Assembly: GCA_944329195.1 (NCBI GenBank)
Contig: CALVHX010000003.1
Location: 1 to 55,445, forward strand
Source: an uncultured Bacilli bacterium
GTDB taxonomy: Bacteria; Bacillota_I; Bacilli_A; RF39; UBA660
Reading direction: 5' to 3'
Length of the DNA: 55,445 bases
The position numbers were made by a program, and so were the translations under genes. The notes under the pieces are model-generated. The model searched no databases. It was given only the letters and a program-made list of their open reading frames with translations, and was not told where the DNA came from. Positions 39,446 to 49,620 of this stretch are shown one piece after another. Position 1 is the stretch's first letter. Every line of letters starts with the position of its first letter.

Positions 39446-39985
39446 TTGTCAGCATATAAAGAGATAGTAACAAAGGCAGTAGTGGGTAAGGGTAAAAAAT
39501 ATTATCGTAATACTTATACTGTCAATACTGAGACAGTTCCTAATACTGTACTTGGATGTTGGGTAATAAATCATAAGTTTTCTGGTCAAGAAGTAGATGG
39601 AAAAATTGAAATAGATGGTTCTTTCGATGTGAATTTATGGTATTCTTATGACAACGATACAAAAACTTCTGTTATAACAAAAAATATACCATATAAAGAA
39701 GTGGTAACGGTATCCCAAAAAGAGACAACTGATTCTAGTAGTAAAGATATTATAGTAAGAAGTTTAAAACAACCTAGCTGTATATCTGCAAAAGAAAATG
39801 GAAATGCTATTAATATTGAGATAGAAAAAGAATTGGGAGTAGAAATTGTAGGTGATACTAAGGTTAAGATAGCTATTGAAGAAGATGAAGAGCCATGGGA
39901 TGAAATACCAGAAGAAGTTACTGAAGAAGTAGAGAAGGAAATTACTGATAATATTGATCCTAACTATATTAAAGAAGAAAAATAA
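39446..39985 (+). CDS. cotE: Outer spore coat protein CotE
   Basis: YKEIVTKAVVGKGKK, LGCWVINH, DVNLWYSY, acidic tail. Confidence 0.93.
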   Translation: MSAYKEIVTKAVVGKGKKYYRNTYTVNTETVPNTVLGCWVINHKFSGQEVDGKIEIDGSFDVNLWYSYDNDTKTSVITKNIPYKEVVTVSQKETTDSSSKDIIVRSLKQPSCISAKENGNAINIEIEKELGVEIVGDTKVKIAIEEDEEPWDEIPEEVTEEVEKEITDNIDPNYIKEEK

Positions 39986-40077
39986 TCTTCTTTTTTCTTT
40001 GATTTTTTTTATAGAGTAAGAAATTTCTTGAAACTTTCTTCTATTTATGAGATAATACATGTGGACGGTGCTTTTTT

Positions 40078-40572
40078 ATGAATGACAAGGTTTATGATAA
40101 TGGAAATATTGTTATCTCAAAAAACAAACTATATTTTTATAGGGAAAATATTAGTTTTAGTCATTTAGAAAGTGCTAACTGTAGAAAACTTCCGAGGAGA
40201 AGTTTGTTTGTATGATTAAAGATTTGGTTTTCTATTTTGATTATACTTGTTATTGTATGTAATATTTGGAGAAATCTAATGATTGTAGGAGATATCTATA
40301 TTTATTCTATTTTTGTTTTGATGGCTTTTAATATTTTTTGTTTTTTTCAGAAGTATTATCTACTGACAATTAGGACTATATCTGGAAAAGAATATTATAC
40401 AAAAGGTAAAGATGGGAATTTGATGATGAAGATTTCAGATGTTATTAATTCAAAAATAGAAGATATACAAGATGTAAAAAATACAAGTGTTATTGTAAAT
40501 AATGGTATTATCAATAAAGGAAATAATAATATTAATAAAATTAGAGGAAAGAAAGATAATGATTATAAATAA
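40078..40572 (+). pseudogene. Membrane protein gene (DUF6232-like layout) interrupted by a single in-frame TGA
   Basis: ATG 40078 with GGACGGTG upstream; frame continues through TGA 40213-40215 into the 40237..40572 ORF. Confidence 0.65.
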
Positions 40573-40825
40573 TGGTGTAATAAATATAGGGGACAATAAT
40601 ACTGTAATAAGTGCTATTAGTTATTGTGACATAGCTAGGGAGCTTAATGTTTTACTTAATTATACTGAAAATAAAGAAGTTGTAGAATCCGCTATTAGAT
40701 ATGCTAATGAGGAAAATAGTGAAAAGTTAAAAAAAGTATTAAAGAAAATAGGAAAAGAGATGTTTTCTTTAATTAAAGAGTTGGGTTTAGTAGTACTTAA
40801 AAAATATATAGAAGGTATGTTGTGA
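40559..40825 (+). CDS. Small protein with N-terminal N/G-rich motif and helical domain
   Basis: ATG 40559 after GAGGAAAG; MIINNGVINIGDNNTV...; overlaps the upstream gene. Confidence 0.65.
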   Translation: MIINNGVINIGDNNTVISAISYCDIARELNVLLNYTENKEVVESAIRYANEENSEKLKKVLKKIGKEMFSLIKELGLVVLKKYIEGML

Positions 40826-40850
40826 TTTTGGAAAGGAAGTATTTTTACAA

Positions 40851-41579
40851 ATGGAAAGGCTTCAAAAGAAGATTGCAAATCTCGGATATTGTTCGAGAAG
40901 AAAAGCAGAAGAATTGATTACTAAAGGGGAAGTTTTAGTAAATGGAAAAGTTGTAACTAAACTTGGTACTACAGTTAAGCAAGGTGATGTTATAACTGTC
41001 GAAGGGAATATTTTAGATAATAGTAAAAGTTATGAATACTATTTATTAAATAAGCCAAAGGCAGTAGTTACGACTACTAGTGACGAAAAGGGAAGAAAAA
41101 CTGTTACGGATATTATAAGAACAAGTACGAGAATTTATCCTATTGGAAGACTTGATTATGATACGACAGGAATATTGCTTTTGACTAATGATGGGACACT
41201 GGCCAATTTACTTATGCAACCTAATTCACAAGTGGAAAAGACATATATTGCCAAAGTAGAAGGTATTATAAGTATATCTGATGTGCAAAAATTACGAAAT
41301 GGTGTATTAATAGAGGGTATTAAAACAAGAAAAGCAAAAGTGAAAATTAAGTCAGTTGATAAGAAAAAACAGACATCAATAGTAGAAATAACTATTCATG
41401 AAGGTAAAAATCATCAGATTAAGAAAATGTTTGAAGCACTGGGTTATAAGGTAGTGAAGCTTCGCCGAGAAAAATATGCTAATTTAAATTTGAAGGGGTT
41501 AATGCCCGGAGAATATAGAGCTCTTACTATCAAAGAGGTAAAAACCTTGTATAGTTTGTGTAAAAACAAGAAAGATTGA
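40851..41579 (+). CDS. rluB: 23S rRNA pseudouridine synthase, RluB/RsuA family
   Basis: ERLQKKIA..G.CSRRKAE S4 domain, LNKP, GRLDYDTTG, EGKNHQIKKM. Confidence 0.92.
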   Translation: MERLQKKIANLGYCSRRKAEELITKGEVLVNGKVVTKLGTTVKQGDVITVEGNILDNSKSYEYYLLNKPKAVVTTTSDEKGRKTVTDIIRTSTRIYPIGRLDYDTTGILLLTNDGTLANLLMQPNSQVEKTYIAKVEGIISISDVQKLRNGVLIEGIKTRKAKVKIKSVDKKKQTSIVEITIHEGKNHQIKKMFEALGYKVVKLRREKYANLNLKGLMPGEYRALTIKEVKTLYSLCKNKKD

Positions 41580-41598
41580 TATATTTTAGGGGGTAAAT

Positions 41599-43164
41599 AT
41601 GAAATTAGAAGTATTTGAGAAAGATAAAAATAGTATTGCTTGTGATGATGATTATGGAGCTAGAATCTTTATAGATGATTTAAAATTACTGTTAGAAGAT
41701 GATTATGAAAAGAAGTTAATTTTTAAAATGATGAATGGCGATCAGATTGTAGAGAATCTCAATTTATCAAGACAAGTATGTGACATAATAGAAGATTATA
41801 TATTTAATAATTTGAGTCAGAAAGAGTTAATAGAAAATTTAGAAAGAAAAAATATACCTTTATTTTCTTTTATTATTCACTTGGTCGCTCGTTATCAGAG
41901 ACTTTATAATTCGTTAAAAAGAGATTTTACTTCTGTAATGATTTATTGTGATTATGAGAAATTTGATAAGAGCTTTGATAATGCAGTTGAGATAGTAAAA
42001 AAGTATAAACTACCTTCTACTATTTGTTGTGACGGTGTATCTTTAAATGAATATAAGCATATTCTTTCTAACTATGATTTGGAAAAATTAGATGCTCTTA
42101 ATATTAAAATTTACTATCAAATTTATAATAGGGCTGTTTCTCCAAGTAAATTATTTGAAGTTGCAACTTTTATTTGCGGAAAGGCTGATGAAATAAAAAG
42201 GTATAATTTGTCACCGTTAGAGCAAGTTATTTATGCTTATGATATTGTAAAGCAAAGAAAATATAAAAAGTCCGAAGGTAGTAATTTATCTAGAAATTTG
42301 GACAGCGTTATTTTTGGAGAATATATAGTCTGTTTGGGGTATGTAAATTATTTCAATGCTTTACTAAAGTGCTTAGGATATAATGCTTTGAATATTATTG
42401 ATTTTAAAAATAAGCATTGTAGAAGTGTTGTCCATATATGTGATCCTAAATATCGTTTAGATGGTTTTTATGTCTTTGATCCGACTTATGATTGTAGAAA
42501 GGAAAACAGTGAAGACTATTTAAGTCAATATAATTATTTTGGTGTTTCAATTGAGGAAGGAAGCCACTCTTTCCATAATAATATTGAAGAGCTTTTATCT
42601 TACGGTTTTGATGAATTTATTAAGATTATAGAGGGCCAAGATTCCATGGATAAAAGCATTATATTTAGTCGCTTGTTAAAAGAAATATTTGTATTTTCAA
42701 AAAATCCGAATTATAAATATTTTGAAGAAGAAATGAGCAATAGCGGTTATTTGGATGAGAAAGTGAGAGTTAAATTGCAGAGTATATACGAAGAGGTGAT
42801 GTCTAAATTTTTAGTACGTACTATTGATTTTAAAATTCTTGTTAAAGCGGTGTATTTTGTAAGGAGAATACAATATTATAATGGGGTGATATCTAAACTA
42901 TCTTATGAGAGTATTAAAGATGAAATGATTGCTAAGAAACTTGATGGAAGACGAATGGAATTGTTAGAAGAAGGAGTAGATTTTAATAGCGTACTTTTTA
43001 GATTGTGTTTTTATGAAGAACGCCTAGAAGAAAAACTTTTGAAAACTGAAGATAGTATTGGTTCTTCCTTACCTCCTGGTGTAGAATTAGTTAGAGATGA
43101 ATATAATATGAGACTTTTGAGAGTACTAAAGAGGGGACATGATGATAGGTCTATTCAAAGATGA
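41599..43164 (+). CDS. Transglutaminase/papain-like domain protein
   Basis: Cys-His-Asp pattern IVCLGY...HCRSVV...VFDPTYD. Confidence 0.7.
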   Translation: MKLEVFEKDKNSIACDDDYGARIFIDDLKLLLEDDYEKKLIFKMMNGDQIVENLNLSRQVCDIIEDYIFNNLSQKELIENLERKNIPLFSFIIHLVARYQRLYNSLKRDFTSVMIYCDYEKFDKSFDNAVEIVKKYKLPSTICCDGVSLNEYKHILSNYDLEKLDALNIKIYYQIYNRAVSPSKLFEVATFICGKADEIKRYNLSPLEQVIYAYDIVKQRKYKKSEGSNLSRNLDSVIFGEYIVCLGYVNYFNALLKCLGYNALNIIDFKNKHCRSVVHICDPKYRLDGFYVFDPTYDCRKENSEDYLSQYNYFGVSIEEGSHSFHNNIEELLSYGFDEFIKIIEGQDSMDKSIIFSRLLKEIFVFSKNPNYKYFEEEMSNSGYLDEKVRVKLQSIYEEVMSKFLVRTIDFKILVKAVYFVRRIQYYNGVISKLSYESIKDEMIAKKLDGRRMELLEEGVDFNSVLFRLCFYEERLEEKLLKTEDSIGSSLPPGVELVRDEYNMRLLRVLKRGHDDRSIQR

Positions 43165-44047
43165 AGAAATATGTAATAATTATGATAATTCTGATGATAT
43201 TTTAAAGATTTTAAAGAGTTCTAAAGGATATAATCATGAATATATATATCGAATGTTAGCAGGAAACAGTGTTCTTGAAAAAGATAAAGTTTTAGAATTT
43301 GTAAAACTTATTAGCAGTGCAAATGCGGAATATAAGGCTAGATACATATATTATGTTTTGGTGAATGAAAATGTAAGAAAAATAGGAAAGAATTTAGAGT
43401 TTGCAAGATTAATTGATAGGTCTAAAGCTGAATATAATGCTAAATATGCTGCTTTAGTTTTGACAAATAGAATTGCTATTGAAAAGGGGATAGCATATGA
43501 AGGGGCAGAGTTAATTAATAAGTGTGATCGGGATTTTAAAGCGAGATTTATGGTGGTTGTTTTGACTGATGTAAATGCTATTACTTTAGGAGACGTCTTT
43601 GCGTTTGTGAAATTAATTAGTGAATCTGGAAGTGAATATAATGCTAGATATGCTGCTTTAGTTTTAACAAATGAGAGTGCTCTTGAAAAGGGTATAGCAT
43701 ATATGGGGGCAAATTTAATCAATGAATCGAAAGAGGAATTTAATGCTTTAATGGCATATTGTGTCTTCACCTATGAAAATGTTATGGCAGCGGGGAAATC
43801 TTTGGAGTTTGCAAGCTTAATTAACAAATTTGATACAGAGTATAAGACTAGATATGCTGGGTATATTTTGAGAAATGAAGAGGCAATAAGGTCTGATGTT
43901 GCAGATGTTTATGCTAAAATAATTGGTGAATCTACTAGTGAGGAGGAGGCTTCAAAAATATACATGGCGCTTGTTTGCTCCTTAAATTCAGAGAAAAGAA
44001 TTGGAAATAGGAAAAGTTTTAGCGTGAAAGTGCGAGAAAAACTTTAA
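43139..44047 (+). CDS. Alpha-solenoid protein with about seven 34-aa repeats
   Basis: Units such as LEFARLIDRSKAEYNAKYAALVLTNRIAIEKGIA. Confidence 0.75.
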   Translation: MMIGLFKDEEICNNYDNSDDILKILKSSKGYNHEYIYRMLAGNSVLEKDKVLEFVKLISSANAEYKARYIYYVLVNENVRKIGKNLEFARLIDRSKAEYNAKYAALVLTNRIAIEKGIAYEGAELINKCDRDFKARFMVVVLTDVNAITLGDVFAFVKLISESGSEYNARYAALVLTNESALEKGIAYMGANLINESKEEFNALMAYCVFTYENVMAAGKSLEFASLINKFDTEYKTRYAGYILRNEEAIRSDVADVYAKIIGESTSEEEASKIYMALVCSLNSEKRIGNRKSFSVKVREKL

Positions 44048-44093
44048 ATTTTAGGAAAAATTGCTGAAAAACTAAATTTTTAGATTGTTTTGG

Positions 44094-44122
44094 TTGACTT
44101 TTTAATTTTCCTATAATATAAT
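44094..44122 (+). promoter_or_regulatory. SigA promoter of infC-rpmI-rplT
   Basis: TTGACT-17 bp-TATAAT. Confidence 0.75.
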
Positions 44123-44134
44123 TAACTAGAAAAC

Positions 44135-44265
44135 GGAAAGAAGATTGTATTTATCTCACCTGACTAGCAGATAAGTAGTAGGTAAAAAAGCTGGCTCAAT
44201 TATATAAAACGAATTTAATAGCTTTTGTGTGGATAAATGAATACTTCTTTGGTATTCATTTTTTT
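44135..44265 (+). ncRNA. Ribosomal protein L20 leader
   Basis: 5' UTR of infC containing AGAAG...TCTCACCTGA and terminal hairpin aatgaatac/gtattcatt plus U run; boundaries approximate. Confidence 0.7.
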
Positions 44266-44278
44266 GGAGGTGTTAGCT

Positions 44279-44800
44279 ATAGCTACTTTAAAGGATAATC
44301 TTATTAATGAACAAATTAAATGCAAGGAAATGATGGTGATTGGACCTAACGGAGAACAACTTGGTATTAAAACAAAACAAGATGCTTTGACCCTAGCGGG
44401 ATATGCTGGGTTTGACTTGGTTCTTATGAATGAGAATGGTAATCCACCTGTTTGTAAGATTATGGATTATAACAAATTTAAATACGAAAAAAAGAAGAAG
44501 ACGAAGGAAGCTCAAAAAAAGCAGCGTGAAACACAAGTTGAAACTAAAGAGTATCGTCTATCGGTAAATATTGATATTCATGATTTTAATACGAGAGTGG
44601 TAAATGCTAAAAAGTCATTGGAAAAAGGTAATAAAGTTAAAGCTAGTATTAGATTTAAAGGAAGACAAATTGCTCATCCTGAGCTTGCACATGATGTTCT
44701 AGATAGATTTTATGAAAAAGTTAGTGATGTTGCAGACATGGAGGCAAAGCCTAAAATAGAGGGTAAAACTATGTTTATGCTACTTACACCTAAAAAATAG
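44279..44800 (+). CDS. infC: Translation initiation factor IF-3 (non-AUG start)
   Basis: INEQI, GEQLGI, PPVCKIMDYNKFKYE, KVKASIRFKGRQ; GGAGGTG RBS 6 nt before in-frame ATA. Confidence 0.95.
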   Translation: MATLKDNLINEQIKCKEMMVIGPNGEQLGIKTKQDALTLAGYAGFDLVLMNENGNPPVCKIMDYNKFKYEKKKKTKEAQKKQRETQVETKEYRLSVNIDIHDFNTRVVNAKKSLEKGNKVKASIRFKGRQIAHPELAHDVLDRFYEKVSDVADMEAKPKIEGKTMFMLLTPKK

Positions 44801-44812
44801 AAGGAGGATATT

Positions 44813-45016
44813 ATGACTAAACTTAAAAAAAATAAGATGAAGACACATAAAGGAACAAAAAAAGTGTTGAATATTAGACAAAGTGGTTCAATTAGTAAGT
44901 CAAGACAAGGAGTACTACATAATACTGGTAAGAATTCTGCTGCTAGAGCTAGTGACAAGAAGAAGGGTACTAGTTTGAGTAAATCAGATTATAAGAGAAT
45001 TAAAGATTTAATATAG
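44813..45016 (+). CDS. rpmI: 50S ribosomal protein L35
   Basis: [17 protein letters not shown]; lies between infC and rplT. Confidence 0.92.
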   Translation: MTKLKKNKMKTHKGTKKVLNIRQSGSISKSRQGVLHNTGKNSAARASDKKKGTSLSKSDYKRIKDLI

Positions 45017-45026
45017 GAGGCAAGAA

Positions 45027-45530
45027 ATGACAAGAGTTAAAGGCGGCACAGTTGCACGTGCGAGAAGAAAGAAAGTATTAAAAGAAGCAAAAGGTTATTT
45101 TGGTAGTAAACATAGATTGTATAAGACAGCGCATGAACAAGTAATGCACTCTGGTGTCTATGCGTTTAGAGATAGAAAACAAAATAAGAGAAATTTCAGG
45201 AAACTTTGGATCACAAGAATAAATGCTGGTTGTAGAGAAAATGGTATTTCTTATTCTAAATTTATAAATGGATTAAATAAGGCAGGTGTTACAGTAAATA
45301 GAAAGATGCTTAGCGAACTTGCTATCGATAATCCAAAAGCATTTTCTGATTTAGTTGTTATTGCTAAAGATGCGTTAAATGGAAAAGCTTATGTACCAAA
45401 AAATATTTCTGCTACTAAAGAGAAGGAAGTTAAGACTGATAGTACAAAAACTACTAGTTCGAAGTCTGATGTAAAGAAATCTTCTACAAGAAAAGCTACT
45501 AATAAAACTAATGAGAAAGAGGAAAAATAG
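45027..45530 (+). CDS. rplT: 50S ribosomal protein L20 with K/T/S-rich C-terminal extension
   Basis: MTRVKGG...[26 protein letters not shown]. Confidence 0.97.
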   Translation: MTRVKGGTVARARRKKVLKEAKGYFGSKHRLYKTAHEQVMHSGVYAFRDRKQNKRNFRKLWITRINAGCRENGISYSKFINGLNKAGVTVNRKMLSELAIDNPKAFSDLVVIAKDALNGKAYVPKNISATKEKEVKTDSTKTTSSKSDVKKSSTRKATNKTNEKEEK

Positions 45531-45624
45531 TATCTTTCTTTTTTATTTACTTTTTTATTTAGAGATGGTATACTTATAGTTGATGGATAAGTCTTTTTAA
45601 AAGTTTGATGTGTGGTGATAGAAA

Positions 45625-45918
45625 ATGACATGTTCTAGTTGTAAGAATTTAGATGAAAAGAAGAAGTTAGAGGGAAAGGTGAGTGGATGCAAATATTATT
45701 GTAAGAAGAATAAGTGTTATGTCTGTGGTGATATGCCAAAATGTAAAAATCATCAAAGAGCATATTCGCGTGATAATATTACGTGTGATAAAATTTATGA
45801 AGAAGGAAAGGTTTTTTATAACGATGACCATTCACCTTTGTTTTATTTAGTTATTATAGCTGTTGTAGTTATTCTTTTAATAATAGCAAGGATTACTAGC
45901 CCTGAATTATTTGGATAG
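45625..45918 (+). CDS. Small Cys-rich protein with C-terminal TM anchor
   Basis: Eight Cys including CSSC and CYVC; hydrophobic C-terminus. Confidence 0.65.
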   Translation: MTCSSCKNLDEKKKLEGKVSGCKYYCKKNKCYVCGDMPKCKNHQRAYSRDNITCDKIYEEGKVFYNDDHSPLFYLVIIAVVVILLIIARITSPELFG

Positions 45919-45977
45919 ATTAAATTTAGAAGATATTATTTTACATAGTTCTATGATATAGAAGGCAGTGATAAATT

Positions 45978-47765
45978 ATGGAAACAAATAAAATTAGAAA
46001 TTTTAGTATAATAGCACATATTGATCATGGTAAGAGTACTTTAGCGGATCGTATTTTAGAGTATACAGGTGCAATTGAAAAAAGGCAGATGAAGGAACAA
46101 CTACTTGATAGTATGGATATAGAAAGAGAAAGAGGTATTACTATAAAATTAAATACTGTTAGACTAGAATATGATGGGTATGTTTTAAATTTGATCGATA
46201 CTCCCGGACATGTTGATTTTAGTTATGAAGTATCTAGAAGTCTAGCAGCTTGTGAGGGTGCAATACTTGTAGTTGATGCTACCCAAGGTATTGAGGCACA
46301 AACTCTTGCTAATGTATATTTGGCTTTAGATAATAATTTGGAAATAATACCTGTTATTAATAAAATTGATTTACCTAGTGCGGATATTGAAAAAGTAGAA
46401 AGAGAACTTTTGGATACTTTTGGTTTTACTAGTGACGAGATAATTAAAGTATCTGCAAAGACAGGAGAAGGTATTGAAAAATTAATAGAGGCAGTAATCG
46501 ATAGAGTACCTCCGCCAAAAGTGAATAATGATAAGTTAAAGTGCTTAATATTTGATAGTTATTTTGATTCTTACCGTGGTGTAGTGATTTTAGTTAGAGT
46601 TATGTCAGGTACTCTAACTAAAAAAACAAAAATAAAATTTATGGAAACTGGGGAAGTTTTTGATGTTGTATCGCTCGGATATCATACACCGTTTGAAAAG
46701 GAAGTATCATCATTAAGTATGGGGGAAGTTGGCTTTGTTACTGCTTCCATTAAATCTTTGGAATCAGTTAAAGTTGGCGATACTATTACTGATGTGGAAG
46801 ATCCTGCTTTGAATCCTCTTGCTGGATACAAACCGATGAAACCGATGGTTTACTGCGGAATATACCCAATCGAGCCTTCCAAATATCCTAATTTAAAAGA
46901 AGCTATACAAAAACTAAAATTAAATGATGCTGCTTTGACTTTTGAACCCGAATCATCTAGTACTTTGGGATTTGGTTTTCGCATGGGATTTTTGGGATTA
47001 CTGCATTTAGAAATTATTTCTGAAAGAATAGAAAGAGAATTTGGAATTGATATTATTGCTACGACTCCTTCTGTTAATTATGAGATAAATTTGACAGATG
47101 GTAGTACTATATTTATCGATAATCCTAGTATGATGCCAGACAAGGTTAGAATTAAGGAAATTAAGGAACCATATATTTTTACTAATATATTAGTTCCCAC
47201 TATATATATTGGACCTATTATGGAACTATGTCAAGATAAGAGAGGGATATATAAAAGTACGGATTATATTGATAAGACTAGGGTTAATATTCATTATGAA
47301 CTTCCATTATCTGAGATAGTTTATGATTTTTTTGATAGACTGAAATCATCAACGAAAGGATTTGCTTCATTTGATTATGAAATGATAGGTTACAAGGCGA
47401 GTGATCTTGTCAAGATGGATATTCTTTTAAATGGTGAAGTTGTAGATGCCCTTTCACTTATTGTTCATAAGGATTTTGCTTATGATAGAGGAAGAAGAAT
47501 GGTCGATAATCTTAAAAATATTATTCCAAGACAAATGTTTGAGGTGCCTGTGCAGGCAGTTATTGGAAGTAAGGTTATAGCGAGAAGTGATATTAAAGCC
47601 ATGCGAAAAGATGTTTTGGCTAAATGTTATGGCGGTGACATTACGAGAAAAAGAAAGCTATTAGATAAGCAAAAAGAAGGAAAAAAGAAAATGAAAACGA
47701 TAGGTAAAGTTGAGATTCCAAGTGAAGCCTTCTTAAGCATTTTAAGTGATTATAAAAAAAATTAA
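45978..47765 (+). CDS. lepA: Elongation factor 4
   Basis: [49 protein letters not shown]. Confidence 0.98.
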   Translation: METNKIRNFSIIAHIDHGKSTLADRILEYTGAIEKRQMKEQLLDSMDIERERGITIKLNTVRLEYDGYVLNLIDTPGHVDFSYEVSRSLAACEGAILVVDATQGIEAQTLANVYLALDNNLEIIPVINKIDLPSADIEKVERELLDTFGFTSDEIIKVSAKTGEGIEKLIEAVIDRVPPPKVNNDKLKCLIFDSYFDSYRGVVILVRVMSGTLTKKTKIKFMETGEVFDVVSLGYHTPFEKEVSSLSMGEVGFVTASIKSLESVKVGDTITDVEDPALNPLAGYKPMKPMVYCGIYPIEPSKYPNLKEAIQKLKLNDAALTFEPESSSTLGFGFRMGFLGLLHLEIISERIEREFGIDIIATTPSVNYEINLTDGSTIFIDNPSMMPDKVRIKEIKEPYIFTNILVPTIYIGPIMELCQDKRGIYKSTDYIDKTRVNIHYELPLSEIVYDFFDRLKSSTKGFASFDYEMIGYKASDLVKMDILLNGEVVDALSLIVHKDFAYDRGRRMVDNLKNIIPRQMFEVPVQAVIGSKVIARSDIKAMRKDVLAKCYGGDITRKRKLLDKQKEGKKKMKTIGKVEIPSEAFLSILSDYKKN

Positions 47766-47786
47766 CTAATATAAAGGCGGTATGAA

Positions 47787-49619
47787 ATGAAAGAATCAGA
47801 AAATATATTACTTGAGATATTGCTGGGGGAAGAAAAACTAGATTGGGAAAGATTAAATAAATTATTAGAAGAAGATTACGTCCAAACAATAAGAGGAATA
47901 TTTAAAGTTTTTACTGATTCTTTTTTGTCGAGGCCTTATAAAGAAATTGACCTAATCTTATTCAATATAGAGAAGATTGTATTATCTCAGAATTCAAAAA
48001 ATTTTAGAATAATAAAGAATGCGGTGATGGAAGCTAATAAAGAATTGTCGCAGATTAAGCTTAATAATGTCAGCTTCATATTGCGCTGTTTTAAATTTAG
48101 ATTGTTCGATTTAAATAGAAAGTTAAATGAAAAGTTAAAACAAGATAGCAAAGTGAATTTATATTCTATTTATTATAACTTAATATTTGAGCAGAGAAGA
48201 ATAGATATTATTATATTTGTTTTTAAATCAAATAAAAATATTTTGGATCTTACTGATACAAAAGGAAATGACTTATTTTTCAATATATTAGATTATTATT
48301 GCGAACTGAAAGATGAGGAAGAAAAGAAGTACTTTTGGGAAGTAATAATGATATTTTTGGAATATATGAGTAGTGAAAAAATAAGGGATAGTAAATATAT
48401 GAATTTACTGGAGAGAGAATTTTGTGTTAATGAAGAGCACGTGATTGCTTTAAGGGAAAAGATGATGGAAATAGTACAAATAGATTTAATGGGACTGTTT
48501 AAAAAATATCATGTTTCTAGTGAAGTACATAAATCTGTTATTGATGAATTAAAGAGTTTTTCTCGCTCTGAGGATGGAAGGGCTTTTATACATGGAAATT
48601 TTGTGACAATTGATGGCGAAGATGCTGAATGTCTAGATGATGCAATTTGTTTAAAAAAGAATAGCGATGGTACGTTTTATTTTTATGTTGCAATTACTGA
48701 TATACCTTCTGTTATTCCTTATGGGTCACTTAATTTTTATGATGCGTTAAAAAAAGTGGAAACGATATATCTTCCCGATAAAACTATTGATTTATATCAT
48801 CCACATATTTCGAGAAATTTATGTTCACTACTTCCTAATGTTAATAAAAATGTTATTGTATATAGATATTTATTAACGCCTAATTATGAGATCGATATAG
48901 ATAGTTTAGAAATAATCAAAGGAGTAATTAGAGTTAATAGTAACTTGAACTATAATCAAGTTAATAAACAGATGGGTATAGATGCTAAAACGTTAGAGAT
49001 GCTCGAAGGGATCTATTTGATGACTTTATTTTTAAGGTGTCAAAATAAAGTTAAGGAAAAATATCGAAAGGTAGAAAACATAATAAATAGTTCTGCCGTT
49101 TATCATCATAGTATGTTTGCAGACACTTCTATTTCTGCAAATATTGTACAAGAGTCGATGCTACTTGTTAATAGCTCTGTACCATATTATTTTAGTAGGA
49201 GGGGACTTGTTTATATTTTTCGAAATCATAAAGTAACAGATGATAGGGAAAAAGAAATTAAAATTAAAAATGCAATAGATGCAGTTCTTAATAGCAATGG
49301 TAGTATATCTTCACAAGAGTTAGATGAAATGGTAAATACTATAAGGCAGATGTATTTAACGGCTAGTTATAGTACTGTAAATCAAGGCCATCAAGGATTA
49401 GGATATGAGTTCTATTCGCATTCTACTAGTGGTGCCAGAAGATTTATAGATAGTTATAATCAATATTTGACATATCTTCAAATTTTTGGTAAAGAAAAAG
49501 GTGATGATTTAATCGTTTCTGCTGAAGAAGTAGTAGAAAGAGTTAATAAGCGAAAGATTGAGATCCGTATGTTCGAATCTGAATATGGAAGCCAACTTTC
49601 GAAAATAAGAAGGAAGTGA
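47787..49619 (+). CDS. RNB-domain (RNase II/R-like) protein with atypical helical N-terminus
   Basis: TIDGEDAECLDDAI, ETIYLP, LCSL, HQGLG..FYSHSTS..RR..D. Confidence 0.82.
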   Translation: MKESENILLEILLGEEKLDWERLNKLLEEDYVQTIRGIFKVFTDSFLSRPYKEIDLILFNIEKIVLSQNSKNFRIIKNAVMEANKELSQIKLNNVSFILRCFKFRLFDLNRKLNEKLKQDSKVNLYSIYYNLIFEQRRIDIIIFVFKSNKNILDLTDTKGNDLFFNILDYYCELKDEEEKKYFWEVIMIFLEYMSSEKIRDSKYMNLLEREFCVNEEHVIALREKMMEIVQIDLMGLFKKYHVSSEVHKSVIDELKSFSRSEDGRAFIHGNFVTIDGEDAECLDDAICLKKNSDGTFYFYVAITDIPSVIPYGSLNFYDALKKVETIYLPDKTIDLYHPHISRNLCSLLPNVNKNVIVYRYLLTPNYEIDIDSLEIIKGVIRVNSNLNYNQVNKQMGIDAKTLEMLEGIYLMTLFLRCQNKVKEKYRKVENIINSSAVYHHSMFADTSISANIVQESMLLVNSSVPYYFSRRGLVYIFRNHKVTDDREKEIKIKNAIDAVLNSNGSISSQELDEMVNTIRQMYLTASYSTVNQGHQGLGYEFYSHSTSGARRFIDSYNQYLTYLQIFGKEKGDDLIVSAEEVVERVNKRKIEIRMFESEYGSQLSKIRRK

Positions 49620-49620
49620 T

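Noticed and set aside
40213-40215. Genetic code 4 (TGA=Trp) as the explanation for the in-frame TGA
   Set aside because: TGA terminates intact genes (e.g. yceD, rluB), and conserved Trp residues use TGG throughout
44237-44278. ATG-initiated N-terminal extension of IF-3
   Set aside because: Lies within the leader hairpin and upstream of the real RBS
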